From Promethearchaeota archaeon (GTDB lineage: Archaea; Asgardarchaeota; Lokiarchaeia; Sigyniarchaeales; SOKP01), in contig JAEOTR010000079.1 in assembly GCA_016839705.1 (NCBI GenBank), positions 32,224 through 96,223 on the forward strand: a stretch of DNA of 64,000 bases, written 5' to 3'. The notes beneath the pieces are model-generated. The model had not been told where the DNA came from and searched no databases. It was given only the letters and a program-made list of their open reading frames with translations. Position numbers and translations under genes: made by a program. Positions 1 through 9,668 of this stretch are shown here, piece by piece (within the stretch, counting starts at the first letter, position 1; every line of letters begins with the position of its first letter).

Positions 1-1045
1 ATTTTCCCTTAAATCCCATTTTTTTCGGACTAAAATTCACAGTATAATTTAAGATAACACCCTCTGTTTCAAGCTTTTTAATTCTGTTATGAATAGTTGA
101 TTGGGAAATTTCTAACTCAAGTTGTTCTTTAAAAACTCTACTTATCTCATAGGTAGATATTGGTTTAAGTCCTTGACTATCTCGTAATATTTTTAAAATG
201 CTATAATCAATATTGTCTAATTCAAAATTTAAACCAATTTTTTTTTTTTTTAAATTAAAACCAGAATTATTTTTGATTTCATTAATTTTGTTTATAACAA
301 GTTCTGCTTCTGTTGCATTCTTTAAACCCTTCACAACCATTTTACCATTTGAGAAGATTATAATTGATATAGACAGATTTTCAATCTTAATAACAATCCC
401 AGGGAACCTCTCCGGATTATAATCAATAAATTCATTGTTTTGAGCAATTTGATACAAATCAATTCTTTCTGGAATATTAATTTCTATATTTTCATTTTCA
501 TAGACCTGTTTTTCTTCGATTTTATCAATTAATCGATCTAAAAGTTTCTGAAGAAGAGCTTCTTCAATAGTCATTTTTGACTTCTTTAGACTAATCCCAT
601 TCGTTTTAAAAACCATGATAGTGTCAATTATTTGATATTTTTTAAAATATGATTTTGCCATTATTTTGTCAATAGTATTTAATATCTGATAATATTCCTC
701 AGGGGAATTGAAGATAAATAAGGCGAATAAAGAAAAGTCTCCAATTATTCCATCCAACATTCTTAACTGGGGAACTTCTAACAATTCTTTGACCAATTCA
801 GGTTCTTTAGGGTTGGTTTTGATTTCAAGCATCACGTATTTCAGATTATTTGGATAAATACGTGGATTAATATTTATAGTGAAATTGGTAATTATTTGTT
901 GGTCTCTCAAGCCATCAAGCTTGTTTTGATAAGTTTGTCTTGTAAGTCCTACGGCACGAGAATTTCTTGATATAATAAATTTGGTTTTTCCACTTAAATT
1001 TTTAATATAACTTTGAGCTTCTAGCTTATTATTAGTGTTCTCCAT
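1..1045 (-). CDS. Lrp/AsnC-family regulator with an internal TBP-like repeat (Lrp-TBP-Lrp); 3' end runs off the window
   Basis: Hand-translated and absent from the ORF track. ATG at 1045, frame open to the window edge (348 codons). Lrp HTH/RAM-like N-terminus (GLTRQTYQNKLDGLRDQQIITNFTININP...MLDGIIGDFSLF). TBP-like segment IDLYQIAQNNEFIDYNPERFPGIVIKI...IIIFSNGKMVVKG. Second Lrp HTH LDNIDYSILKIL...SQSTIHNRIKKLETEGVILNYTVNFSPKKMG. Confidence 0.85.
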   Translation of the reverse strand, partial: MENTNNKLEAQSYIKNLSGKTKFIISRNSRAVGLTRQTYQNKLDGLRDQQIITNFTININPRIYPNNLKYVMLEIKTNPKEPELVKELLEVPQLRMLDGIIGDFSLFALFIFNSPEEYYQILNTIDKIMAKSYFKKYQIIDTIMVFKTNGISLKKSKMTIEEALLQKLLDRLIDKIEEKQVYENENIEINIPERIDLYQIAQNNEFIDYNPERFPGIVIKIENLSISIIIFSNGKMVVKGLKNATEAELVINKINEIKNNSGFNLKKKKIGLNFELDNIDYSILKILRDSQGLKPISTYEISRVFKEQLELEISQSTIHNRIKKLETEGVILNYTVNFSPKKMGFKGK

Positions 1046-1182
1046 TTTCTTACAATTTTTCAGATTTTTTATTTGTTGTTAATCAAATGTTAAATTTCAT
1101 TTATAAATATTTGCCCTTCACCAAAAAAAGCTTTATTAATTAATTAAAACTAATAATCTTAAAAATCAAAAAGTGAATTCAA

Positions 1183-2451
1183 ATGGTAAATTTTAAAATT
1201 GCTGACGAAAATTTAGCAGAAAAAGGATTAGAAGCGTTATATGTTGCGGAAAACAAGATGCCGGTGACTGCTAAGGTTATTCGGGAGCGATTCGCAAAGG
1301 AAAAACCTTTGGAAGGCATAACTATTGCAGGATGCTTACATATAACTAAAGAAACTGCCAATCTAGCGCGAACCTTAAAAACTGGTGGTGCTGATGTTTG
1401 GTTATGTGGTAGTAATCCATTATCCACTCAAGACGATGTAGCTGCCGCTTTAGTAAAGGAAGATATCAATATTTTTGCATGGCACGGCAATACTGATGAA
1501 GAATTTTATTGGTGTATTCGTGAGTGTTTAAAAGCTAAACCTAATATCCTCATTGATGACGGGGCTGATATGATCGTTACAGCTCATAAGGAGTTTCCCG
1601 AATTAATAACTGATGGTGTAATCATAGGGTGTCAAGAAGAAACAACTACTGGTGTAAAGCGTTTTAAGGCAATGGATGCAGCCGGAGATTTGAAAGTCCC
1701 TCTCTTCCCTGTAAATGATGCTCGATGTAAAAATCAGTTCGATAATGAGTTAGGAACCGGGCAAGGAATAGTGGCTGCAATCTATGGGATGCATGTGCTA
1801 TTTGCCGGTAAGACCGTAGTAATTGCAGGTTATGGACATTGTTCTTCTGGTATGGCTTTAAGAGCTCGGGGATTGGGTGCTGATGTAATAGTGACTGAAA
1901 TAGATCCGATTAAAGCTCTTCAAGCTAGATTTGCTGGTTTTCAGGTAATGCCAATTGAAAAAACACTCCCAATTGCTGACATAATCCTAACTGCTACAGG
2001 ATGTAAGCATGTAATTCAACCATCAAAAGAGATGTTTGATAAACTAAAGGAAGGTGTTATCCTCGGTAATTTGGGTCATTTTGACATTGAGATTCCCACT
2101 AAAGAATTGTATGAATATGCTAAGGAAATAAAACCTATCAGGCAGAATGTTGAAGAATTAATTTTTCCTGATGATAAAAGGATATATCTCCTAGCTAAAG
2201 GAAGATTAGCTAACCTGGTACTCTCTGAAGGACATCCTGCTGAAGTTATGGATATGTCATTCGGTCTTCAATCTTTAATGTCCGAATTTATTGTCAAAAA
2301 TAAAGATTTATTAAAACCAGGAATGGTTGATATACCTGTAGAGATAGATGACAGAGTAGGATTCCTAAAACTTCAATCAATGGGTGTGGAAATAGATAAA
2401 CTCAGTAAGGAGCAATATAATTATATCCACGGCTATGAAGAAGGAACCTAA
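1183..2451 (+). CDS. ahcY: Adenosylhomocysteinase (SAH/SIH hydrolase)
   Basis: Motifs GCLHITKETA, SNPLSTQDDVAAAL, DDGAD, EETTTG, GHFDIEI, GHPAEVMDMSF. Confidence 0.95.
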   Translation: MVNFKIADENLAEKGLEALYVAENKMPVTAKVIRERFAKEKPLEGITIAGCLHITKETANLARTLKTGGADVWLCGSNPLSTQDDVAAALVKEDINIFAWHGNTDEEFYWCIRECLKAKPNILIDDGADMIVTAHKEFPELITDGVIIGCQEETTTGVKRFKAMDAAGDLKVPLFPVNDARCKNQFDNELGTGQGIVAAIYGMHVLFAGKTVVIAGYGHCSSGMALRARGLGADVIVTEIDPIKALQARFAGFQVMPIEKTLPIADIILTATGCKHVIQPSKEMFDKLKEGVILGNLGHFDIEIPTKELYEYAKEIKPIRQNVEELIFPDDKRIYLLAKGRLANLVLSEGHPAEVMDMSFGLQSLMSEFIVKNKDLLKPGMVDIPVEIDDRVGFLKLQSMGVEIDKLSKEQYNYIHGYEEGT

Positions 2452-2505
2452 AATCTTCCTTTCTTTTTGACCTGAATCTCAAATATTTTAAGTTTATTTC
2501 TAATT

Positions 2506-3519
2506 TTAAGGGCTTAGAATGTCGTTTGGATTATTGATATCCCCATAAACCTCACGAGCTAAGTTTCTTAATCCTTTTAAACCAAAAGGTTCTTTTTCAA
2601 GTCTATTCGATTCCCAAATCTTTAAATTTTTAAATTCTTTTCGAATCTGTCCCACATAATTAAGTTGAATATTCCGTACATTGCTACAAAACTCACATTC
2701 ATCATGTTGCGGAGTAATTAAATTAATATGTACCCCATCAAGATTGATATATTTCTCCGTTAAGTCTCTGGCTCTTTTTATTTCTTCAAAACTTGGTTTT
2801 TCTGCTATTGTTACAAGCCGTAATGATCCAAAAGTATGGATTAACTCCGTTATTCTTTCCCCACGTTCTTCTAGATCTACCAACATCTTAAAAATTTCCT
2901 TCCCTAATTCTCGTCTTTTCTTAGGATCATCAAAAGGCTTTATAATATTTCTGAAAACTTTGGAAAATTTTCTTACAGCATCTTTAATTGAATTATAGAA
3001 ATTCAAAGAATATTTTAATACAACTTTAACCTGATCTTCGGGTATTTCAAATAAAGCAACCATGTTTCCTGTTGGGGGGAAATCTGCTACAATTATGTCA
3101 AATTTTTGGGATTGTTGATTTTCAGCATCTAAAATTTCCTGAAAAAACATTGCATTTTTTAGTGCAAGTGGGATAGAATCAGCCGTAAATGTAGTATCCA
3201 TAAACTTCTCTATTTGAGGAATTAATCCTACTAAGGGCATTTCTCTCATTAATGCTTTCATCTTCGATATTAAATTTTTTGTGTATTTCTCAGCATATTT
3301 ATGTGGATCTGGCTCAATTGCCCATAGGTTATCAGATATAAGGGTTAATTTATTCCCAATTTCAGAATTAAATAAATCCGTTAGGTTATGAGCCATATCA
3401 AAGGAAATAAGAAGGATCTTTTTATCAGGGAGAAGATCTGATAAGACTACTGCTGTAGCTGCACTTATAGTGCTTTTGCCAACACCCCCTTTTCCCCCAA
3501 GTACAATAATTTTCTCCAA
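2506..3519 (-). CDS. ArsA/GET3-family ATPase (single domain)
   Basis: GGKGGVGKST deviant Walker A; DMAHNL and DFPPTG switch-like motifs; C-terminal CEFC. Confidence 0.88.
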   Translation of the reverse strand: MEKIIVLGGKGGVGKSTISAATAVVLSDLLPDKKILLISFDMAHNLTDLFNSEIGNKLTLISDNLWAIEPDPHKYAEKYTKNLISKMKALMREMPLVGLIPQIEKFMDTTFTADSIPLALKNAMFFQEILDAENQQSQKFDIIVADFPPTGNMVALFEIPEDQVKVVLKYSLNFYNSIKDAVRKFSKVFRNIIKPFDDPKKRRELGKEIFKMLVDLEERGERITELIHTFGSLRLVTIAEKPSFEEIKRARDLTEKYINLDGVHINLITPQHDECEFCSNVRNIQLNYVGQIRKEFKNLKIWESNRLEKEPFGLKGLRNLAREVYGDINNPNDILSP

Positions 3520-4100
3520 TTACTTAATTCTCCACAGATTCCTTAATTTTGCATAACTATTTACTTAATTTTATATTACAAAAACAAATATGACATAAAA
3601 AACTAACCAAATGATTTAGATAAGTGTTTTAAAATTCTTTAAATTAACAAAAAATAAATACTTTGTAAGATGTTATGAGTATATAAGATTACTATTATAC
3701 ATATCTTAAAATTTAAATCAAAAAGATTAATCAAACAGATTACATCATTATAATTTTCAATCAAATTAGTAAAATATCAAATTTTATCAATTAGTAAAAA
3801 AAATTATTCAATTACATAAATCAAACAAAAAAATTATTAGAAATATAATCCGTTCAGTAAATTTAAATATAATTGATCAGACTTATAACAAGATATAAGA
3901 AGTAGGTTCATAAGTTAAGCTTAACAATAATCATAAGATTTCTATAATATCTAAAAGATATAGTATCTCTATTAGGAAAATCTAATTAGCATTGTTTCTA
4001 ACTTAAAGAGTTAGATACTACTTCTTTTTTATGAGTTTACTCTAAATTTTGATTTATTGAATATAAAAATCAAACATTAAATATGAAATAATAAAAGGAA

Positions 4101-5285
4101 GTGATTAGAATTAATACTCAATCAGATTTTACAACTAAATATATTATTGAAGTGAAATTTAATATTAAAGGTGTGGTGGAGAAGAGTGACATTGTGGGGG
4201 CTATTTTTGGACAAACAGAAGGTCTGCTTTTGGATCTAGATTTAAGAGATCTTCAAAAATCTGGAAGAATAGGTAGAATAGAGGTTGAGACTGAATCAAA
4301 AGAGGGAATATCAGAAGGTATCATCAAAATTCCCTCATCTTTAACTCGAAAGGAGACAGCATTATTAGCAGCTACTGTAGAAACAGTTTCAAGAGTTGGT
4401 CCTTGCGAAGCTGAGATTTTACTGATAGAAATCCGTGATGTGCGTGAAACTAAACGTCTGAAAATTATAGAGAGAGCAGCAGAACTTTTAAAAAAATGGG
4501 ATCAGAAATCATTGGAGCAGAGTGAAATTGAAGAAAAGATGGATACTGACATTAAATTAGGAGAAATAATAACTTGGGGTCCTGAAAAACTCCCAGCCGG
4601 TCCGGAAGTAGATAGTGATAAAGATCTTATTATTGTGGAAGGTCGAGCCGATGTTCTTAATTTGTTACGTATAGGTATTAAAAATACGATAGCAGTTCAG
4701 GGGACCCAAATACCCAAATCAGTGAAGGATTTAGTAAAAACGAAGAAAACAATCACTTGTTTTCTTGATGGGGATCGTGGTGGTACTATTATATTAAACG
4801 AATTAATGCAATTGATGAAATTAGATTATGTTGCAAGAGCTCCCGATGGATTTGAAGTTGAGGAATTAACAAGAAAACAATTGGTTAAAGCATTGCAAAA
4901 CAAGAGACCACCAAAAAAACTTAAAGAATTAAATACTAAAATTACAGAAGAAAGCGGAGATAGTAGTAAGGGAAACAGGCTTCATAAATTCTTAAAAAAG
5001 ATGAAAATAAAAGATGATTCTAAAATAATGGAATTCATCAATGGGATTAAAACCGGTCATAGTATAGGTTTGGATAAGAATCTTGAGAAACTATTTGAGA
5101 TTCCAGTTGGCGAATTGTTCGGAAAGATTAGAACCTTTAAGGATACTCATTACTTAATAATTGATGGAATTTTAACAAAACGTTTACTCTCGATTTCTAT
5201 AAACATGAAAATTAAATTTATTGCTTGTAAAAATAAGGAAGAGGAATTAACCATTCCCGAGCAAATAATGGTGTTTTATATTTAA
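4101..5285 (+). CDS. dnaG: Archaeal DnaG (Toprim; exosome-associated)
   Basis: GVVEKSDIVGAIFGQTEGLL, LRDLQKSGRIGRI, IIVEGRADV, FLDGDRGG. Confidence 0.95.
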   Translation: MIRINTQSDFTTKYIIEVKFNIKGVVEKSDIVGAIFGQTEGLLLDLDLRDLQKSGRIGRIEVETESKEGISEGIIKIPSSLTRKETALLAATVETVSRVGPCEAEILLIEIRDVRETKRLKIIERAAELLKKWDQKSLEQSEIEEKMDTDIKLGEIITWGPEKLPAGPEVDSDKDLIIVEGRADVLNLLRIGIKNTIAVQGTQIPKSVKDLVKTKKTITCFLDGDRGGTIILNELMQLMKLDYVARAPDGFEVEELTRKQLVKALQNKRPPKKLKELNTKITEESGDSSKGNRLHKFLKKMKIKDDSKIMEFINGIKTGHSIGLDKNLEKLFEIPVGELFGKIRTFKDTHYLIIDGILTKRLLSISINMKIKFIACKNKEEELTIPEQIMVFYI

Positions 5286-5322
5286 AAAACATCCATTTTA
5301 TTTTGTTTAAAGTATTAATTAA

Positions 5323-5562
5323 TCAACCAATGGGTAAGGCTACAGAAAAGATTAGTTGGATAACAAAGGAAAGAGCGCCCAAAACAACAGATCCTATAGC
5401 ACATATTTTAAAAACAGTAAAATAATCTTTTCTACTAGGTTTATTAGCTATTTTTAATATTCTTCTTGAATTTTGATAGAAAATCCCTAACCGTGCAAAA
5501 AAACCAGGCTTTTTTTGCTTATCATGTCTTGAATATTTTTCATATTTGGGGTAGTTTGACAC
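5323..5562 (-). CDS. secE: Protein translocase SecE/Sec61-gamma
   Basis: RILKIANKPSRKDY plus a C-terminal TM helix; follows ftsY as in the conserved archaeal order. Confidence 0.88.
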   Translation of the reverse strand: MSNYPKYEKYSRHDKQKKPGFFARLGIFYQNSRRILKIANKPSRKDYFTVFKICAIGSVVLGALSFVIQLIFSVALPIG

Positions 5563-5614
5563 ATTAAATTAAATCAATAAAGTTATATTAAGTTTATCTA
5601 CTTCGAAAAATACC

Positions 5615-6526
5615 TTATTTGAAATCAAGAATACTTGAGAGAAAAATATCTCGATTGAATGGTTTTAAGTCGTTATATCCTTGTCCGATACCTAATAAGA
5701 TAATCGGTTTTTTTGTTTCATAAGCGATAGATAAGGCAGCGCCCCCTTTCGCATCAGCATCTATCTTAGTTAAAATATTTGCATCGATTCCAACTTGTTT
5801 ATCAAATTCTCTAGCTTGGTATAAAATATCATTTCCCGCTAGGCTATCTCCTATAAACACCTTCAAATCAGGATTAGCAACTTTACAGATTTTTTGCATT
5901 TCCATCATTAAATTCCGGTTTGTTGTTTGCCTTCCAGAAGTATCAATCAAAACCACGTCGATGTTTTTAGCTCTAGCATGTTCAATAGCATCCCAAGCAA
6001 CTGATGCTGGATCTGATTTATATTCGTGTTTTATAACCTTAATTCCTACATTATCCATATGCTTAGTTAGTTGTTCAATAGCTCCCGCTCGGAATGTGTC
6101 TGAAGCAGCTGCCACAGAACTTATGCTATTATCTTTTAGGAAATTAGCAACTTTAGCAATTGTAGTGGTTTTTCCTGTTCCATTTATTCCAAAAAAAACA
6201 AATACATATGGTAAACCTAACGAGTTTTTTGCTTTAATTTCTTTAATTATATCAATTTCCTCTTCAGGTGTTAAGATTTCAATTATAACTTCTTTTAATG
6301 TATCTAATAATATTTTTTTAGTTGATGTTAATCGAGTAATTTGTTGACCTTTAAAAGATCCAATAATACTATTACAAATTTCATCAGCTGTGTCAATTGC
6401 AACATCATTACTAATAAGGAGAATTCTCAACTCATGTATAGCATCATCTAAATTTTTTTCAGTTAAAGTTTTTTTAACAAATGTTGAAAATACATTTTTT
6501 AGTTTTTCAAGCATATAATTCTCCAC
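5615..6526 (-). CDS. ftsY: SRP receptor FtsY
   Basis: GINGTGKTTTIAK, DTFRAGAIEQL, DTSGR, TKIDADAKGG. Confidence 0.95.
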   Translation of the reverse strand: MENYMLEKLKNVFSTFVKKTLTEKNLDDAIHELRILLISNDVAIDTADEICNSIIGSFKGQQITRLTSTKKILLDTLKEVIIEILTPEEEIDIIKEIKAKNSLGLPYVFVFFGINGTGKTTTIAKVANFLKDNSISSVAAASDTFRAGAIEQLTKHMDNVGIKVIKHEYKSDPASVAWDAIEHARAKNIDVVLIDTSGRQTTNRNLMMEMQKICKVANPDLKVFIGDSLAGNDILYQAREFDKQVGIDANILTKIDADAKGGAALSIAYETKKPIILLGIGQGYNDLKPFNRDIFLSSILDFK

Positions 6527-6583
6527 AAAAATTAGAATTCTTATCGTAAATTTTGTTAAACTACACTAGTTAACCAAGTTTAA

Positions 6584-6997
6584 TTACTTCTGAAGATATC
6601 CCTGTTGAAGAAGTTGAGATGTTTTTTGTAAATTTATTTCAAAATTCTGTAATTGAGTTCTTATAAACTGTATTTCTTTATTGTGTTGTTCTATCCGTTT
6701 CTCAAGGAATTCAATTGCGGCATCTATGCCTTTCTCAATTATCACATCTTGAGTCACAGCTACCAATACCTTTTCAGTGTCTTTAATAGTTGCTTTAATA
6801 TTTGCTAATCCTCCAATTGGTAAAAGAATTTCATCACCCACTTTTACACCTTCTTTTATATTTTCAAGGGTAGCCTTAGTATTTAAATAATTGGCAAGAA
6901 TAGCATTGACATATTCTAATTGTCCCTGATATACATCTCTTTGTTGCTTTAAATAGCTAAACATTTGTAATTGATCCTGATAAGTTTGAGGTTCCAT
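6584..6997 (-). CDS. pfdA: Prefoldin alpha subunit
   Basis: Coiled coils flanking EILLPIGG...KVLVAV beta hairpins; operon position. Confidence 0.9.
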   Translation of the reverse strand: MEPQTYQDQLQMFSYLKQQRDVYQGQLEYVNAILANYLNTKATLENIKEGVKVGDEILLPIGGLANIKATIKDTEKVLVAVTQDVIIEKGIDAAIEFLEKRIEQHNKEIQFIRTQLQNFEINLQKTSQLLQQGYLQK

Positions 6998-7024
6998 TTT
7001 CTTTTGCTCCGTTTAATAAATTAT

Positions 7025-7252
7025 TTATTCTGATAATTCCCTTATCAGATAATCTTGAGATTCTTCAAAGGTTATTTCCCTAATATCTTGAATATTAATT
7101 TGGCGTCTATAAATTCCTATAGATGTAATTTGACTTAGTACCTTTTCAATAGCATCTTCCTCTTTCAAAGCACGAACTTCTTTACGAAACAAATATTTCT
7201 TGAAATTTTTTCTGTAATTCCCAATGATTCTATAAATTTTTATCTCTGACAT
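7025..7252 (-). CDS. rpl18a: 50S ribosomal protein L18Ae/LX (eL20)
   Basis: KIYRIIG...FRKEVRALKEEDAIEKV; lies between aIF6 and pfdA; ATG at 7252 preferred over 7276. Confidence 0.88.
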   Translation of the reverse strand: MSEIKIYRIIGNYRKNFKKYLFRKEVRALKEEDAIEKVLSQITSIGIYRRQINIQDIREITFEESQDYLIRELSE

Positions 7253-7346
7253 TGCTATTAAGATCCATTGATTCAATGTTTATAAAAAAGACTAATATTA
7301 TAAAAAATATTAAATTTTGCTTTTTACCAATACTTCTTCTTAAGTG

Positions 7347-8027
7347 TTATAACTGCAGAACGCTTGTAATTCTCATCATTTCAGGTCCTGTACAATTTGC
7401 ACCAAAAATACCACTTCTATCATTTACGATTGCCCCTGAACTTAGATAAGGTATCCCCCGATTTACAGTTGAGACGTCCGTTTCATTCACTTTCAATATT
7501 GAAGATATATATTCTATTTCATCATCAGTAGAGAGAGGATGCACCAAACAACCATTGTTATTCACTAATGAAATTGAACCGGGAAGGTAACTATTAGCGA
7601 ATTCATAAACTACAGTTTCAACACATAGAGTATCTTCAATTTCTTTCCTATAATCTTTTAACAGAGAACTAATAATAGCCCCTTTATCGTTACAGAGAAT
7701 CAAATTACCATATGCATTATCTATGGATTTAAGGACGCCTATTTGAGAGGGATTTTTTTCTTCCTTCAAAAATTCTCTTAACTGATCCAACTCATCATCC
7801 TTAATAATGTGTGGCACGATTATCCCAAATTTATTTGACGCGGTATAGGCTCCTAAGAGATAAGAATTATGAATTGTAATAGGATAAAAAGGTACTTGAA
7901 AAATATTTCTGAATTTTTTAAGTATTGGTTTTAGTAATGTTGGTGGATAAAGTATGTATGCATTGTTAGCAGTAAGATAAACTCCAATTAAACTACGTCC
8001 AAAAACTTGAGATCTTAAAATTGCCAT
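7347..8027 (-). CDS. eif6: Translation initiation factor 6 (aIF6)
   Basis: IGVY, GNLILCNDKGA, GCLVHP, TVNRGIPY, TGPE. Confidence 0.95.
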   Translation of the reverse strand: MAILRSQVFGRSLIGVYLTANNAYILYPPTLLKPILKKFRNIFQVPFYPITIHNSYLLGAYTASNKFGIIVPHIIKDDELDQLREFLKEEKNPSQIGVLKSIDNAYGNLILCNDKGAIISSLLKDYRKEIEDTLCVETVVYEFANSYLPGSISLVNNNGCLVHPLSTDDEIEYISSILKVNETDVSTVNRGIPYLSSGAIVNDRSGIFGANCTGPEMMRITSVLQL

Positions 8028-8101
8028 GTGATAAATTTGTACTTGTTTAATAAATATATTAAAAATAGGATACTTCCGTCAAAATTAATTTAGTTTATTT
8101 C

Positions 8102-8557
8102 TTATGCTAAATATACAACACAGAGGCCATCAATATTTTTTGTTACTCTTACCTTTAATTTTCTCGGTGGTTTCTGAATTCCACGTTCCCATATTCGTTC
8201 ATTAACTTCTTGAGATATTACTAGAGATTCTGGTTTAAAATGACGGGTCATGAATTCTCTAAGATATCGGATCGATTTTTTAGCCCATTTATTTCTAGGT
8301 CCTTTTCTAGCTTTCGCAAGGGGGATAATATAAATTCTCTCATCAATAATTTCTTCTTCAGGAGCTAGTTCTTCAACTTCTTCAACAGCTTCAATCTCCT
8401 CTTCAAAAATCTCACTTATTTCTTCTTCTTCTGAAATTTCATCTAAACTAAATTCCTCAATCTCTTCAATTTCTTCTTCAGGTACTTCTTCCTCTGTGTC
8501 TACTAACTCTTCTTCCAAATTATCTAAATTAATTTCCTTTGATTTCTTTTTAGCCAT
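8102..8557 (-). CDS. rpl31e: 50S ribosomal protein L31e with a long acidic N-terminal extension
   Basis: ERIYIIPL...VNERIWERGIQKPPRKLKVRV; roughly the first 70 aa are Glu-rich. Confidence 0.93.
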   Translation of the reverse strand: MAKKKSKEINLDNLEEELVDTEEEVPEEEIEEIEEFSLDEISEEEEISEIFEEEIEAVEEVEELAPEEEIIDERIYIIPLAKARKGPRNKWAKKSIRYLREFMTRHFKPESLVISQEVNERIWERGIQKPPRKLKVRVTKNIDGLCVVYLA

Positions 8558-8593
8558 TTTGATTACGACATATTTTTTTCTGCTAATTTAAAT

Positions 8594-8755
8594 TTAGTCT
8601 TTCTTTAACTTCGTATTTCTCCAGGTTCTATTAGAATGTGGGCTACTCCTTACTTTTCCTTTTGTTCTCATCACAATCCAATTCGGGATAGAATTATTTT
8701 GATTCATCTTTTTTGCTCTACGCAATTTGGAGGGAAGATTTTTATTACGAGCCAT
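8594..8755 (-). CDS. rpl39e: 50S ribosomal protein L39e
   Basis: Hand-translated, below the track cutoff: MARNKNLPSKLRRAKKMNQNNSIPNWIVMRTKGKVRSSPHSNRTWRNTKLKKD; canonical position. Confidence 0.93.
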   Translation of the reverse strand: MARNKNLPSKLRRAKKMNQNNSIPNWIVMRTKGKVRSSPHSNRTWRNTKLKKD

Positions 8756-8765
8756 TTTTCTCTCT

Positions 8766-9107
8766 CTACTTTTTAATTTTATACTGTTTTTTATTTCCTA
8801 ATGTTGCTAATTGCTCTAAGAGATTTTTAAATGCTTTATCTGGTAAAGGTATTGCTCCTCTCAATTTTCCGCTTTGTAATAGTTGAATAAGTTGGATCTC
8901 GATTTGCTCTGCATATTGTGGTTTTACAATTCGAATATTTTCTAATCTTTGTCTGCCCTCAACACTAAGAATTTTCCTCATTAGTATGTATTTTTTTTCT
9001 TCAAATTCTTTTTGCTGAGATTCAGCAATATGTTGTTGTGCGGCTTGCTGTTGTAATTCTTCTAACCTTCTCCTTCTAATTTTCTCTAATTCGTCGTCTT
9101 CACTCAC
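8766..9107 (-). CDS. PDCD5/TFAR19-like DNA-binding protein
   Basis: DDELEKIRRRRLEELQ...RQRLENIRIVKP; canonical position after rps19e. Confidence 0.92.
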   Translation of the reverse strand: MSEDDELEKIRRRRLEELQQQAAQQHIAESQQKEFEEKKYILMRKILSVEGRQRLENIRIVKPQYAEQIEIQLIQLLQSGKLRGAIPLPDKAFKNLLEQLATLGNKKQYKIKK

Positions 9108-9138
9108 TCTAAATCCCTAAGATATGCCATTATTTTTA

Positions 9139-9567
9139 TTATTGGTCTTTACTTCTTAGAATCTCATATGCCGTTCGTTCTATTAAACTCGTTCCTTCAG
9201 CAGAAAGAACTCTTCCTCGTCTTTCATTCATTACTAATAAATTTGCATCTCCAAGTTGTTGGAGTGCAACCCTTATTATTTTTCCACTTGCTTTAGCAGA
9301 ATGATGTAACCCTCTCCCCTTCCTATTTTTCCCACCGTAGTATTTCCGAAGTTTATTGACCCCTATAGGTCCATATTTCTTCACTTTTCTAAGTATTGAA
9401 GCACATCGTATGTACCAGAAATTCTCTGAATCCGATGGGGCTAATTCCTTAAAAAATGCAGTTTTCCAAAATTCTGAACCTTCCGGGGGTGATATCTCTG
9501 GATATTCTTTTAATTTATTTGCTAAATTTTCAATTATCTTCTCCGGTTGAACGACAAAGACGGACAT
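9139..9567 (-). CDS. rps19e: 30S ribosomal protein S19e
   Basis: KELAP, WYIRCASILRK, GPIGVNKLRKYYGG, SGKIIRVALQQL. Confidence 0.95.
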   Translation of the reverse strand: MSVFVVQPEKIIENLANKLKEYPEISPPEGSEFWKTAFFKELAPSDSENFWYIRCASILRKVKKYGPIGVNKLRKYYGGKNRKGRGLHHSAKASGKIIRVALQQLGDANLLVMNERRGRVLSAEGTSLIERTAYEILRSKDQ

Positions 9568-9668
9568 GTTAATCTTTAATTCAATATTTCTTTAATATAT
9601 ATAATAGGTTTTTAAAGCTAAAATAGGTTAAAAATTTTTGTATTTTGTTATTTTTGAGCTCTGGAACG

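Noticed and set aside
238-251. 14-nt T homopolymer as a possible frameshift or phase-variation site
   Set aside because: The frame is preserved (encodes LKKKKI on the minus strand); slippage cannot be assessed without reads.
213-422. Plus-strand 69-aa ORF, and the many other short ORFs antisense to long genes (e.g. 2681-2998, 5961-6347, 45415-45855, 48196-48591, 53544-53951)
   Set aside because: Shadow frames of well-supported genes on the opposite strand; no motifs.
3520-4100. Replication origin
   Set aside because: AT-rich, but no recognisable ORB repeats and no adjacent cdc6/orc1.
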